A stretch of 64,000 nucleotides of DNA from a virus. Location: the IMG/VR virus record IMGVR_UViG_3300034630_000009, positions 8,211 to 72,210 of that record; one strand, written 5' to 3'. Both the position numbers and the translations under genes were made by a program. The notes beneath the pieces are model-generated. The model worked only from the letters and a program-made list of their open reading frames with translations. It was not told the origin of the DNA and did no database searches. Below, piece after piece: positions 45,531-55,719 of the stretch; position 1 is the stretch's first letter; each line of letters begins with the position of its first letter.

Positions 45531-46170
45531 CTTGGTGATCAACTGATGCGTGCCCGTTGCCATGACCTTTCAAAACGCTAACGTAAAACTCGCTGGCAGC
45601 ATCCAGCCCAAACAACGCCGCCCAACCATAAACATTAAACGGTTTGCCATCTAGCTCCACAATCGCAGCCAGTTTACCCAAAAAATTGCCATCTAACCAG
45701 TAAGGCTGTCCTTGTAGTAATGTCGCCAGAAACGCTCTTTGGTCAGCTTTCTGCTGCGGGAAAATTTTAGCGGCTAATTGCTCAAGTGTCAGCCCGTCGC
45801 GCTCAGCCTGAGCCACGATCGCAGACCGTGCTTGCTGCAAATGCTCAGGTAAGAGCTGTATTTTTGGGGATGGCTCTGGTTGGGTATCCCCTCCTTCGGT
45901 CGCTACCAGGAGATAGTCTTCCAACGTGTAAGCTTGGCCATCCGCGCGACAGAAACGTTTTAGTCGTGCTAACGCCCAAACCAATCCGATCGGTGGTTCG
46001 AGTCCAACGCCCTTACGAAACCGTTGCAGCTTGGGCATGTTGGTGTCATAACCAACTGTTGCTAATTCTTCGACTAATTGCTCCATTGTGACCGGGGCGG
46101 CTTCCATCAAATCACGGATCAGCCTGCCTAACCGCTGCATTCCGGCTTCAGAAAAGTTGTAAGCGCCCAT
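45514..46170 (-). CDS. HTH repressor-like protein (two HTH-like halves)
   Basis: RLGRLIR...TMEQLVEEL and GLTLEQLA segments; divergent from a small regulator. Confidence 0.6.
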   Translation of the reverse strand: MGAYNFSEAGMQRLGRLIRDLMEAAPVTMEQLVEELATVGYDTNMPKLQRFRKGVGLEPPIGLVWALARLKRFCRADGQAYTLEDYLLVATEGGDTQPEPSPKIQLLPEHLQQARSAIVAQAERDGLTLEQLAAKIFPQQKADQRAFLATLLQGQPYWLDGNFLGKLAAIVELDGKPFNVYGWAALFGLDAASEFYVSVLKGHGNGHASVDHQANAHP

Positions 46171-46378
46171 AAGACCTCTGCCATTGCGTTGCTCAAATTG
46201 TACCAATTTGATTATCAAGTTTCGATAAATCAAGCTTGACAGATCAACATTGATCATTGATTATTGAAAAACCAGCAGATGGATGGGGCTGGTCACGAAT
46301 GATTCCTCAATGCACCCAACCCGCTATCTGAGCGGGTTCTTTCAGACCTTATTGGAGCGCCACAGGTATTCCCAAGCC

Positions 46379-46552
46379 ATGCATAGACTTCTAGAACTAC
46401 CGCACGCAGAACGCAAAACACTCTTTGTCCATGAAAGCTTGGTTACTCGGATCAAAGCCGCTGCCCTTCCCGGTGAGCATCAATGGCAGACAGTGCAACG
46501 ACTTCTTGAAGCTGGCTTGCGTCAGCACTCAGCCAACGATCGGGTTGCCTAA
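46379..46552 (+). CDS. Small Cro/RHH-like regulator
   Basis: RKTLFVHESLVTRIK...TVQRLL. Confidence 0.5.
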   Translation: MHRLLELPHAERKTLFVHESLVTRIKAAALPGEHQWQTVQRLLEAGLRQHSANDRVA

Positions 46553-46617
46553 AAATTAAACGCCGGAACACAACTCCGGCTTGTAGCCATTCGCCCGTGT
46601 CTTGGCACGGACAGACT

Positions 46618-47061
46618 ATGACCACTGTAACGCAAGACTCCAGTCAACCCGCGCTCACTACCGAAGCCGATCGCCTCCTCGAACAACTCCGCACCTGGAG
46701 CCAGCACGACCCCGACTTTTGCCGCATCGAGCGCACCAATTTCAGTGGCGGGCATGACATCGATGTACGGGTGGGGGATACCTGGTTCACCATTTGGGCT
46801 ACAACTTTTGGTGCCATTTCCAGCAGTGGGTTAGCGATGCTGCTGTCGGCATTGATGAGTGCGATCGCCATCAAAGAATGGTTGTTAGACCTTGAATTTT
46901 ACAAGCACTCCGAAACAAGTGAATTGCGCTGGGATGTAATGGTTTACTCTGCTGGGCGTTTAGCAGTAGACGAGCCATACAGAGGTGATCATACGCAAGC
47001 CGCGATCGCACTCCTCACCGCTTTCCTTGCAGCATTGGAGGGTAAGCATGGGCATTCATAA
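46618..47061 (+). CDS. Hypothetical protein
   Basis: Ends AAIALLTAFLAAL. Confidence 0.55.
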   Translation: MTTVTQDSSQPALTTEADRLLEQLRTWSQHDPDFCRIERTNFSGGHDIDVRVGDTWFTIWATTFGAISSSGLAMLLSALMSAIAIKEWLLDLEFYKHSETSELRWDVMVYSAGRLAVDEPYRGDHTQAAIALLTAFLAALEGKHGHS

Positions 47062-47299
47062 CCGCGAACCCCTGCGCCAGAAAGAGCGCGTTGCTTCAAT
47101 GCAGGCAAAGAATCACAAGCGGGTACTAGAGGCGATCGCCCGCTTGTCGCTGACAGGCAAACCATTTAGCAAACAGGAAGTTTTGCTTCAGGCAGGTTTG
47201 TATGTCACAGGTCACAGGGCAAGGACGTACATCGATCGCGCCCCTGAGTTGTCGGAAGCGTACCAAGCAGCGATGCAAAAGATGGAGGTTGGCGCATGA
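47048..47299 (+). CDS. Hypothetical HTH-like protein
   Basis: Coupled ORF. Confidence 0.5.
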   Translation: MGIHNREPLRQKERVASMQAKNHKRVLEAIARLSLTGKPFSKQEVLLQAGLYVTGHRARTYIDRAPELSEAYQAAMQKMEVGA

Positions 47300-47883
47300 C
47301 TGCAAAGTTACCCAAACGTCCCAGAGCTTTTTACTGCGGCAATGAAGACGAAGGCAAGATTAGTTTTTTGCATTCCATTAATCAAGCCTTGCGGGGTAAG
47401 GCATGGGAAAACGTGAAACCATTGCCCGCATACGATTGTTTTGCAGAGCTTGGTTTTGTGCCCGCTGGCTTACTCTTTCAGAATGGCTGGTGGTTTCACT
47501 GCACAGAATGCGATCGCAGCTTTGATGTCGATTGTTGGGACTATGACAAAGACGTTGCACTCCATCCCGTGTTTGAGCGCGATCGCCGCTTCTGCTCTCA
47601 AGCTTGCCGCAACACTTGGCATCAGAATGAGCAAAAGGTAGCCAGGCTTAAGGCGGAGGCGATCGCGATCGTAACAGCTAAATATCCAGGCAGCGTCATT
47701 CAGCTTGCTTACGTCAGCTTGGCGTACCTGGATCGACCAGACAAGCAGCGTGTTGATTTTAAAGTTCTAGGCGTGGCAGGTGCCGTTGAGTGGACAAGCG
47801 AACAGCCTGATACGGTGTCGGTCCGTAGATGTGACGTAGAAGCTTGGCAGGCATACAAAGCTGGCTTGGAGGTAAGCGCGTGA
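47296..47883 (+). CDS. Zn-finger phage protein
   Basis: GWWFHCTEC...FCSQAC. Confidence 0.65.
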   Translation: MTAKLPKRPRAFYCGNEDEGKISFLHSINQALRGKAWENVKPLPAYDCFAELGFVPAGLLFQNGWWFHCTECDRSFDVDCWDYDKDVALHPVFERDRRFCSQACRNTWHQNEQKVARLKAEAIAIVTAKYPGSVIQLAYVSLAYLDRPDKQRVDFKVLGVAGAVEWTSEQPDTVSVRRCDVEAWQAYKAGLEVSA

Positions 47884-48037
47884 TACTAATCAGCCCAGAA
47901 GCGATCGCCTACCGTCACCGTGCCAGCCTGAGGACGATCGACGACCTGCAATACCTCTGCAACTTTTACAGCATCGTTCCGAGCCCTGCCACGTTAGAGC
48001 GGGTATGGCTGAAGTTGCAGCAAAAGGAGGTAGGGTT

Positions 48038-49105
48038 TTGATTGCTGCTCTCACGCCTTTCCCCGGCTCTAAAACCGATTTCAAATATGATGGCGTACTT
48101 TACCCATCGTTAACGGCTAAAGCCATCTGTGAACCGTTCATGGGTGCGGCGTGTCGTTCGATGATTAACCATCATCTACCGACGACCTTGGGCGAGATTA
48201 ATGCAGCCCAACGGGCAATCGCGCTGGCTTTGCACAACCCGCAAGCTTATAGCGACAGTTACAAAGAAGCGGCTGAGCGTTTTTGGGGTGGCACGAACGG
48301 CTACCGCATTCTCGCTTACGCAGGGAGAAAGAAAGCGCAGACGCTTCTTGGTGAAAGAGAGCCGGAGCTTTGCGCCACTCTGACAGTCAACTGGCGATCG
48401 CTAACTGCTGACCTCTACAGATGGATGTACAGCGAATCAGATTGGAAGCTGGCAGGCTACTACGCTTTTTGTATCCGTGCCTGTTTTGGCAATGTGATGC
48501 GCCTCAATCCCCAAGGGACGCATTTTAATGTTGCTTGGCATATCGATAAGCTGAAAAACGCCTGTGAATACAGCCCTGAACGATGGCTCAAAGCACTGCA
48601 AGCAATTAACTGGAATCCTACTGTGTTGCCTTGTTGGGAGGCAGCGATCGCGGCTGTAGTTGAGCCTGCATCGACGTGGTTGTTGCTTGACCCTCCTTAT
48701 TGGGTACCGGGCGATCAGGAAAAAATGACACCGTGTTACCCAGGACACTCGATCGGTACTAACGGGGCGCACGAAGAGACATTTAGGTTGGCTGTTGACT
48801 CGTTGCAGGCAGGCTTAGAGCGCGGGTTTAGTCAGATTACCGTTTGCAATTATCACTCAGACAAGCTTGATGCTGCGCTGACTGCGCTGATGCAGGACGC
48901 AGGGTACAGCTACAAAGCGGTGTTGATGGGTGAATGCAAAGCTTTGGGCAACAGCAACGGGCGCTACAAGCATGGGCAGCGGGTAGACAAGCGCGATCGC
49001 CCTGTCGAGATGATCTACCAGGTTGAACGACAGCAGCGATCGTACTGGCAGGGTTTGAGCACGTCGCAGAGAAGTGAGCAGTTAAGTTTGCTGGAGGTTG
49101 CTTGA
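48038..49105 (+). CDS. DNA adenine methyltransferase (Dam/D12-like)
   Basis: PFPGSK, EPFMG (motif I), LLDPPY (motif IV). Confidence 0.75.
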   Translation: MIAALTPFPGSKTDFKYDGVLYPSLTAKAICEPFMGAACRSMINHHLPTTLGEINAAQRAIALALHNPQAYSDSYKEAAERFWGGTNGYRILAYAGRKKAQTLLGEREPELCATLTVNWRSLTADLYRWMYSESDWKLAGYYAFCIRACFGNVMRLNPQGTHFNVAWHIDKLKNACEYSPERWLKALQAINWNPTVLPCWEAAIAAVVEPASTWLLLDPPYWVPGDQEKMTPCYPGHSIGTNGAHEETFRLAVDSLQAGLERGFSQITVCNYHSDKLDAALTALMQDAGYSYKAVLMGECKALGNSNGRYKHGQRVDKRDRPVEMIYQVERQQRSYWQGLSTSQRSEQLSLLEVA

Positions 49106-49416
49106 TGGACAAACTCACTAAGGGAAACGCGATCGCAGGCTTAACCGTGATCAAGCATTCCAAGTCTGGAAATCCCCTGTACGACCAGACAGGCGTGCTG
49201 CAACCAATACCTGACGGGTGCGAGAGCATCTGTCCTGACCAACCCGATCGCGTGGTCTACCGCTGCCCCGGTCGATCGGGTTACTGGGTCAGCATCTTGT
49301 TTGAAAGGCGTGCCAAACCAGAGCATGTCTATCTCCAGGATCTAGAAATTGCACCAAGCAACGAAAAGCGCTCTCAGCCCCCTGAAAGCGCTCAAGCAGT
49401 AACATCTAATCTCTGA
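49102..49416 (+). CDS. Hypothetical protein
   Basis: Coupled ORF. Confidence 0.5.
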   Translation: MMDKLTKGNAIAGLTVIKHSKSGNPLYDQTGVLQPIPDGCESICPDQPDRVVYRCPGRSGYWVSILFERRAKPEHVYLQDLEIAPSNEKRSQPPESAQAVTSNL

Positions 49417-49420
49417 GATT

Positions 49421-50257
49421 ATGCCGTATAAACTTCAAACCGCCGAAAGTATTGAAAACTACGATCGCAAAAAAGCAACGGCGATCGCCATTTTGAAGCA
49501 ACGCGCCAACACGTTGTATGGGCTACCTGTCGATCGCTTTGCCCGTAGCTGTGGTATCAGGCTCAACAAAACGTACAAGCCGAGCACGCCCTGGAGTCGT
49601 CGTTGGAGCAAGCAGCTTAAGAGTTTTGTAGCGGCGCTGACCGCCGATGGCACGATCGTGGTACAGAAAACATTTCCACTTATAACTAACGAACCTTATC
49701 GGGTTTATTTGGCTGGCACACAACCGCCGTTTCAGATGCTGCGGAGCTACACCAGCTACAAACGAGCGCAAGGACGTGAGAGAGAAGCTCTGCCAATCCA
49801 CCCTCGCTCTCTCAGGGCTGATGACCTGCAACCCAAAGAAAAGAGCATCAAACAAGCGTTGTTACAGCTAACGGAGAATGACTACGACTGGCGGAGTGTG
49901 AGCGCGATCGACGCTTTGTTGTTGGACGAGAAAATAGCAGATTACGTCATACGAGGAAGCCTTTGCCGCATTTGTCAGCATTTAGCCGCGATCGGCGTCT
50001 TCCAACGGCAATATTTTGGCAAGGATTTAAGCTACCGCCGCACACCTGACAATGAAAAGCATTTTGACATTGGTTGTCAGGTCATCACGCTACCGGGTAC
50101 CCCTTCTGAGAAATACGGCATCGTACAGGCTGTACAAGATCACCCTCTGTATCCGACCGTGCAGCAACTTACGGTGGCGTGGGAAGACGGGACCCGATCG
50201 CTCACCAGCAATGAACTAACTTATGTTTGCGTCACAGCGGAGGAGCAATCAGCATGA
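49421..50257 (+). CDS. Hypothetical protein
   Basis: 278-aa ORF. Confidence 0.6.
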   Translation: MPYKLQTAESIENYDRKKATAIAILKQRANTLYGLPVDRFARSCGIRLNKTYKPSTPWSRRWSKQLKSFVAALTADGTIVVQKTFPLITNEPYRVYLAGTQPPFQMLRSYTSYKRAQGREREALPIHPRSLRADDLQPKEKSIKQALLQLTENDYDWRSVSAIDALLLDEKIADYVIRGSLCRICQHLAAIGVFQRQYFGKDLSYRRTPDNEKHFDIGCQVITLPGTPSEKYGIVQAVQDHPLYPTVQQLTVAWEDGTRSLTSNELTYVCVTAEEQSA

Positions 50258-50739
50258 GAACACTACTTGACGCGCTTTATGCTGGCATTCCTGCCGCTGA
50301 TCACGAGTGCTTGACTTTACTCCTGAAGCACCCGCTCATTCGCCGGGAGGCAAAGCATCATTTTGAAGCAGGGAGTCGATCGCTCCGGGGTCAACGAGAA
50401 GGATTGAGACGGGCGATCGCGTACCTCAGCATTCAAATCAGTCCGTTAGCTGAACAACGGGGCAGGCAAAAAGGGCAGAGACCAGCCAGCGCACCAAAGA
50501 CAAAAGCTTTGATCACTCGGTTGCGCTCAGAAAACCGCTGGCTGTTGTCGAGTGAATTTACCAAAGAAGAGCGATCGCTGCTTGGCTCCGCTGTTTATCG
50601 CCAGCTTGTAGTCAAACGGAGGCACGCGGGTAGCACGCGGTTGCAAGAGTATGGGTTGCCTGCATGGGTAGAGACGGAAGGAGCGATCGGGTTGGAGGTA
50701 GTAGTGGCAGGAGTTGAGTCTCAGGAGGTTTCCCCATGA
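50254..50739 (+). CDS. Hypothetical basic protein
   Basis: ATGA overlap, GGAG RBS. Confidence 0.55.
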   Translation: MRTLLDALYAGIPAADHECLTLLLKHPLIRREAKHHFEAGSRSLRGQREGLRRAIAYLSIQISPLAEQRGRQKGQRPASAPKTKALITRLRSENRWLLSSEFTKEERSLLGSAVYRQLVVKRRHAGSTRLQEYGLPAWVETEGAIGLEVVVAGVESQEVSP

Positions 50740-51024
50740 AACTTACCTACTACCCCACCTACCCTCCGTTCCATCTCAAGCTGTCGCGGCTAGCGCTGCT
50801 CTGGCAAAGAGAGCACGCGGCTCAGTCCCCCGTTCAGCGACGGTCGCCATGATGCTAGCCCTGTTAACGGCAATTTCTCTGAGCTTCACTGTCAAGTCAA
50901 TGTTTGACCTCGTTGCTGCTACCAAAAGCGCGATCGCGACTCACAAAAAATGCCGCCAACTTGAACGCGAACTAGACCTAGAAACGCAGAAAGAAACCCT
51001 GGAAACGCTCTATCGCAGGTACTG

Positions 51025-51230
51025 ATGATGTCTAAACGTTACTCAAAACCCATGCTCAAGCTCTTGCACAGATTAGGTAACTTCTTAGCAAGGCACGATC
51101 GCCTGCGTGTCATCCTCGACGACCAAAGCGGGTCGGTCTACCTGGAGCGCTATTTCTTGCTGTTTCAGGGTCGTAAAGATGGACAAAACAGCAGCAACAT
51201 TCAAGAACCACCTTTTAATCTACTGCTCGT
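51025..51230 (+). pseudogene. Truncated phage cupin-like gene
   Basis: RVILDDQSGSVYLERYFL...PFN N-terminus; the expected HDHPW core is absent and the frame runs into a convergent gene. Confidence 0.45.
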
Positions 51231-51532
51231 TGCCGTTCCTGTGCCTGTGCGATCTGCTCAGCCATCCATAGCCTTGTCTCTTCCTCCGTGCGGAAGCGCC
51301 GAATCGCTCCCAGCACAGGGAACCACTTGATATAAGCCGTAAAGGGAAGGGCAAGGATCGGATCGTGGCTGTAGTGCCCAAGCTTCTTCCCCGTTTCATC
51401 AAACACATCAGTCCACTTCCGTCGATCGCTGTCCGCCGCAAACCGTACTATAAGCCGCTCCGTCATGACATCAACCGCCCAGGTATGCGGGTGTTTATTA
51501 AAGTCCAAAAGCTCACAAATGCGTATACCCAT
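51215..51532 (-). CDS. Hypothetical protein
   Basis: 105-aa ORF downstream of the HTH gene. Confidence 0.5.
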   Translation of the reverse strand: MGIRICELLDFNKHPHTWAVDVMTERLIVRFAADSDRRKWTDVFDETGKKLGHYSHDPILALPFTAYIKWFPVLGAIRRFRTEEETRLWMAEQIAQAQERQRAVD

Positions 51533-51605
51533 GCTCGCTATATTTTCTCGCTATTCAAATCGCGATCGCACTCTTGAAACGACGGGCGATCGCTTTTCTC
51601 AATCC

Positions 51606-51842
51606 TTAAGCTGCTACAGACTCTTCGTCAGGAATGTGGACAAGAAAATCACCTGGCTGGACTCTGTAAGCAGCGCAAATTTTATCCATTACTGGGGCTG
51701 TAGGAACTTGCGTCGGATCGTCATACAGGTTGTACGCCGTGTTTTGAGACACGCCAATATCTTTCCAAAATCTGTATCGACTTTTCCCCATGCCATCTAC
51801 AAGTGGCTTAATGCGATTCCGAATCGCCATACGATCTCTCAC
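51606..51842 (-). CDS. Cro/C1-type HTH regulator
   Basis: SRYRFWKDIGVSQNTAYNL...KICAAYRVQPGDFL. Confidence 0.85.
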   Translation of the reverse strand: MRDRMAIRNRIKPLVDGMGKSRYRFWKDIGVSQNTAYNLYDDPTQVPTAPVMDKICAAYRVQPGDFLVHIPDEESVAA

Positions 51843-52041
51843 CTTGCATCACCTCCTACGCATCTGTTCGTTGTTACTACTCATTATATACTGCTTGGGT
51901 TGCTATATCAATCCATAACGTATAGAATAAGAGAAGGCAAGGGAAACCGAGCCTGCAAACAGATGCCAGCGCTGCCAGTTTCCGAGGCTTTCAGCGCTGG
52001 CTATCCCCAAGTCATTACGTACTCAGAGGACTGCACTAATT

Positions 52042-52440
52042 ATGGCATTATCCCCTTCTCCTGCGATCGCACCCTCTACCGCATCCCCACAGACCGAGAT
52101 ACTCCAGTCTTTAGCCGTAGCCCAACGTGCGGACGAGGCGCTACGAGTTTACCGAAAAGTGGCAGCGCAGCAAGTGATCGAGACGCAGCGCGTACCAGCA
52201 AAGACAACCCCGCAGACGTTTTACATCACAGCGATCCATCCCGATCGACCTGTCGATCAAATCGAGCGCCTCACAATTCTGATGGAAAACGAGTGGGAAG
52301 ACGAGGATGCACTCATCAACCTCGTCACCAATGCATCAGGCTTCCTGGAAGTGATGCAGGCAGTACGTCAGCATCCAGAGTTCCAGAACAAGCGCTGGTG
52401 TTTTCGGGAAAGTTGGGGGGAAGGCGAGTCCCCGTTTTAG
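52042..52440 (+). CDS. Hypothetical protein
   Basis: GAGG RBS; ends SPF. Confidence 0.55.
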   Translation: MALSPSPAIAPSTASPQTEILQSLAVAQRADEALRVYRKVAAQQVIETQRVPAKTTPQTFYITAIHPDRPVDQIERLTILMENEWEDEDALINLVTNASGFLEVMQAVRQHPEFQNKRWCFRESWGEGESPF

Positions 52441-52544
52441 TTTTTCAAAGCGGTCTTCTGAGGCTACCGCTTCGGTTTCTTGTGCGTGTTCGGGCGTGAG
52501 CGACGACGCGATCGCCCCTTCTAATCTTGCAAAATTGAGGTTTT

Positions 52545-53399
52545 ATGCAAAAAATTGACGACCTGCGTGATGCCAACCTGAGTGGTGCCGACCTGAGTGG
52601 TGCCAACCTGAGTGGTGCCAACCTGAGTGGTGCCAACTTGAGTGGTGCCGACCTGAGTGATGCCAACTTGCGTGGTGCCAACTTGAGTGGTGCTGACCTG
52701 AGTGGTGCCGACCTGAGTGATGCCAACCTGAGTGGTGCTGACCTGAGTGGTGCTGACCTGAGTGGTGCTGACCTGAGTGGTGCTGACCTGAGTGGTGCTG
52801 ACCTGAGTGGTGCCAACCTGAGTGGTGCCAACCTGAGTGTTGCCGACCTGAGTGGTGCCAACTTGAGTGGTGCTGACCTGAGTGGTGCCGACCTGAGTGA
52901 TGCCGACCTGCGTGATGCCAACCTGAGTGATGCCAACCTGAGTGGTGCTGACCTGAGTGGTGCTGACCTGAGTGGTGCTGACCTGAGTGGTGCCAACTTG
53001 AGTGGTGCTGACCTGAGTGGTGCCAACCTGAGTGGTGCCAACCTGAGTGGTGCGATCGGTATTGGCGAGCAATCTGAATATGCTGTTGGGCTGGTGAAAC
53101 AAATCGCAGAGATTGTGCTAGCCGACAACTCAAAACTACAAATGGATAAAGTGCATGTGTGCGAAACAACTCATTGCTTAGCGGGTTGGGTTTGCACACT
53201 GGATCAAACTGCCAAGACGCTAGAGCCAATTTTTGGTTGGAACGCCGCAGCTTGCTTAGCAGTGCCGATCCCTGCGTTTACAGACTTATTTTTTGCTGAC
53301 AACGCCACCGCGATCGCCTTCCTTCAGAAAGTGCAGAGCGGTGCCATTGATTTGAGCCGTAGGACGATCGCGCACAAACTTGACGCAGGAGAGCAATGA
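52545..53399 (+). CDS. Pentapeptide repeat protein with C-terminal C.T.HC.AGW domain
   Basis: ~32 A(N/D)LSG repeats; [10 protein letters not shown]. Confidence 0.92.
   Translation: MQKIDDLRDANLSGADLSGANLSGANLSGANLSGADLSDANLRGANLSGADLSGADLSDANLSGADLSGADLSGADLSGADLSGADLSGANLSGANLSVADLSGANLSGADLSGADLSDADLRDANLSDANLSGADLSGADLSGADLSGANLSGADLSGANLSGANLSGAIGIGEQSEYAVGLVKQIAEIVLADNSKLQMDKVHVCETTHCLAGWVCTLDQTAKTLEPIFGWNAAACLAVPIPAFTDLFFADNATAIAFLQKVQSGAIDLSRRTIAHKLDAGEQ
52560..53053 (+). repeat. 15-bp tandem repeat (GCYRACYTGAGTGGT) encoding the pentapeptides
   Basis: Directly visible. Confidence 0.95.
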
Positions 53400-54217
53400 G
53401 CAATTTAGCGACAGTACCAACCAGTGAAGCCTTTCATATCGATCGCGCTCAAGCAATGACGATCACAGAAAAAGTGATTGCTGAAAACGGCAATTTATAT
53501 CAATTAACGGGTGGAGAACGCAAGCTTTACTACCTTGCGATGTGCGATCGTTACGGACTTGATCCTTATAGCAACCCTTTTGATTATATGAAGGGGAAAG
53601 ACCGCAGCGGCAATCAAATCTTGACGCTTTATCCAAACAAGAAAGCTGCCGAACAATTTGGCTACCGGAAACGTTTGGATGTACGCATTGTAGAGAAAAC
53701 AATCACCGACGGCACAGCTATTGTTACCGTTATTGTTACCGATAACAGTCGCGTGATTGAAGAGATTGGTGCTGTCGAAATTACGAGCTATGTGAAAGCG
53801 GGTGATGCCCTCAAGAAAGCGTTAACACAAGCGAGGCGGCGCGGTATTCTTGCCTTTTGCGGGTTTTCCCCAGACGGGCATGATGACAACGCTATCCCTT
53901 CTGAAGCGCTTGATCATGGCATTGAAGCCACAGTGGTGGATGCCGCAATTTTGAGCGAACCATCAACGTTCGATCGACAGCCAACAATGGACGCGATTAC
54001 TGCTGGAATAAAGCGCTTGGGATGGTCAAAAAAACAGGGTAGTGAGTATCTTCAGCGAGCCTACGGCAAGCCGACACGCGATCAGTTAACCGATGCCGAG
54101 TTGACTGATTTTGCTGATTATCTCGAAAGTTTCAAAGCGCAGCCAGAAGTAGCGCAAGCAGAGTCGATCGACGTTGGAAATTCTGCTACCGCTGATGAAT
54201 TTCCTGCCTTGGATTAG
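53396..54217 (+). CDS. RecT/Bet-like single-strand annealing protein
   Basis: C.RYGLDPY..PF, KA.TQA.RR; C-terminal LGW...YL...YGK..R..LTD.EL domain. Confidence 0.65.
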   Translation: MSNLATVPTSEAFHIDRAQAMTITEKVIAENGNLYQLTGGERKLYYLAMCDRYGLDPYSNPFDYMKGKDRSGNQILTLYPNKKAAEQFGYRKRLDVRIVEKTITDGTAIVTVIVTDNSRVIEEIGAVEITSYVKAGDALKKALTQARRRGILAFCGFSPDGHDDNAIPSEALDHGIEATVVDAAILSEPSTFDRQPTMDAITAGIKRLGWSKKQGSEYLQRAYGKPTRDQLTDAELTDFADYLESFKAQPEVAQAESIDVGNSATADEFPALD

Positions 54218-54236
54218 CCCTTTATTCCTGAGAGTC

Positions 54237-54662
54237 ATGGTTAACACGAAGTTTGGTTATGCGAAACGGGCAAGAATTTTAGCAAAGACCCAAAACCTTT
54301 GCTGGTATTGCGGTTGCGGGTTTGATGAATTGACGGACGATCTAAGTAAAGCGCCGTGTCTCGATCACGTCATACCTCAGTCAAGAGGCGGCACTCATGA
54401 CGAGGAAAACTTAGTCGCATCATGCCGCCTCTGCAACGCACGTAAATCCAGCAAAAGTCTTGAAGAGTTCAGGTCAAGCCTGTACTGGAAAAACTCTGCT
54501 GAGTATCGAGCCATCTGTCGTCTTGAACAAGCAATGGAAGAAGCGTCAACGCCTTTTGATGCAGAAATTGTTAAGGCGATTGCATACCTGAAAAGCCAGA
54601 TTGAGCCAATTGTTTTCTACGGCGAAACACTCACGACGATCGCGGGGAGCACTCAGCCATGA
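54237..54662 (+). CDS. HNH endonuclease
   Basis: CWYCG, LDHVIPQSRGG, NLVASCRLCNARK. Confidence 0.9.
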   Translation: MVNTKFGYAKRARILAKTQNLCWYCGCGFDELTDDLSKAPCLDHVIPQSRGGTHDEENLVASCRLCNARKSSKSLEEFRSSLYWKNSAEYRAICRLEQAMEEASTPFDAEIVKAIAYLKSQIEPIVFYGETLTTIAGSTQP

Positions 54663-55719
54663 AAACTCATTACGAACGCGAGCGGATTATTTGGGATGCA
54701 GCACTATCCCCCACCGAAAAGCTGTTTTTACTTTGCCTGAATAGCTTTGTTGATTCTAAGGGTGAGTGTTTTCCTGGCAAGGAGACGATTTCGCAAATGT
54801 GTGGTGTTGACGTGCGAACGGTGACACGCATAGCACAGAGGCTCATAGAAGCTGGTGTGCTTTCAAAAGACTCCAGACGTTTAGGCAGCAGACAACAATC
54901 AAATCTTTACCGTATTCGGTTTTCTGCTATTCCGCAAAGCGCTCAAAAACCACAGATCGAAGCTGTTGATTTTCAGCAGGACATTGCGTCCAAAACTCAG
55001 CAGGACAATTTGTCACCCTCAATCAATTCTCAGCAGGACATTCGATCCACTTCAGCAGGACATTCGATCCACTTCAGCAGGACACTGTGCCACCCGATCT
55101 ATCCATTGATCTATCCATTGATCTATCCAGAGAGAAAAGAGAGCGCTCCCCCGAGGTTGAACGATCGCAATCCGAACCAGTAACCCCACAGTTACCCGCT
55201 CCGAGTAGTCATGCAACCGAACCTCCCGCAGCGAGTAGCGCTGGCTCAGAGGCGAAAAATACTGCCCCGAATTTTCCGAAAAAAGAAAAATTGAGAGATC
55301 CGATGGGCGATCGCCTTCGTGCTGGAGCCAACGTGCATCGCTATCCGGCGTTAGTCGAAGCTGGCTTTGGCGCTGTGTGGGTTGGTCCTGGGTTCCGTGA
55401 TTTTGCTCCTGATGTTGTGAGGGCTGCGTGTCGTCATAAGGCTAAAAACAACTTGCCTGACGAGTACGCAGACGGACAGACCTACATTGCCAACGCTATC
55501 CGCGACGAAAACTGGGCAGCGATCGAGATGCTTGTAACGGCTGTAGAAACCCAGTCGAAGCTATCATCTGCCCCCGCCTATGAAGTCCTGCCGATCGAGC
55601 CACTTCCAGACCGGGACCCACCCCCCACGCCAGAGCAAGCCGCGCAGAAGTTGGCTCACATCAAAGCTCTGATTGCCAATGCCAACAAGCCGAAGGAATC
55701 AGCCCATGCAAGCCACTGA
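54659..55719 (+). pseudogene. Phage replication initiator (HTH_36-type), split by a frameshift in the iteron array
   Basis: LSPTEK...CFPG..TIS..CG...RTV...L...G.L...SNLYR N-terminus (54659..55183); C-half in another frame (55087..55719) coupled to dnaB. Confidence 0.8.
54973..55128 (+). repeat. Iteron array / probable phage origin
   Basis: 5x TCAGCAGGACA, including two 22-bp units at 55030 and 55052; 3x GATCTATCCA at a 12-bp period. Confidence 0.85.

Noticed and set aside
51465-52499. 344-aa plus-strand ORF
   Set aside because: Overlaps a clear HTH gene and the 52042 gene; no recognisable motifs
52560-53053. CRISPR-like periodicity
   Set aside because: No unique spacers; coding tandem repeat; no cas genes
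52445-53229. Long antisense ORFs (APLRS, TTQVG and HHSG repeats)
   Set aside because: Shadow frames of the 15-bp pentapeptide repeat
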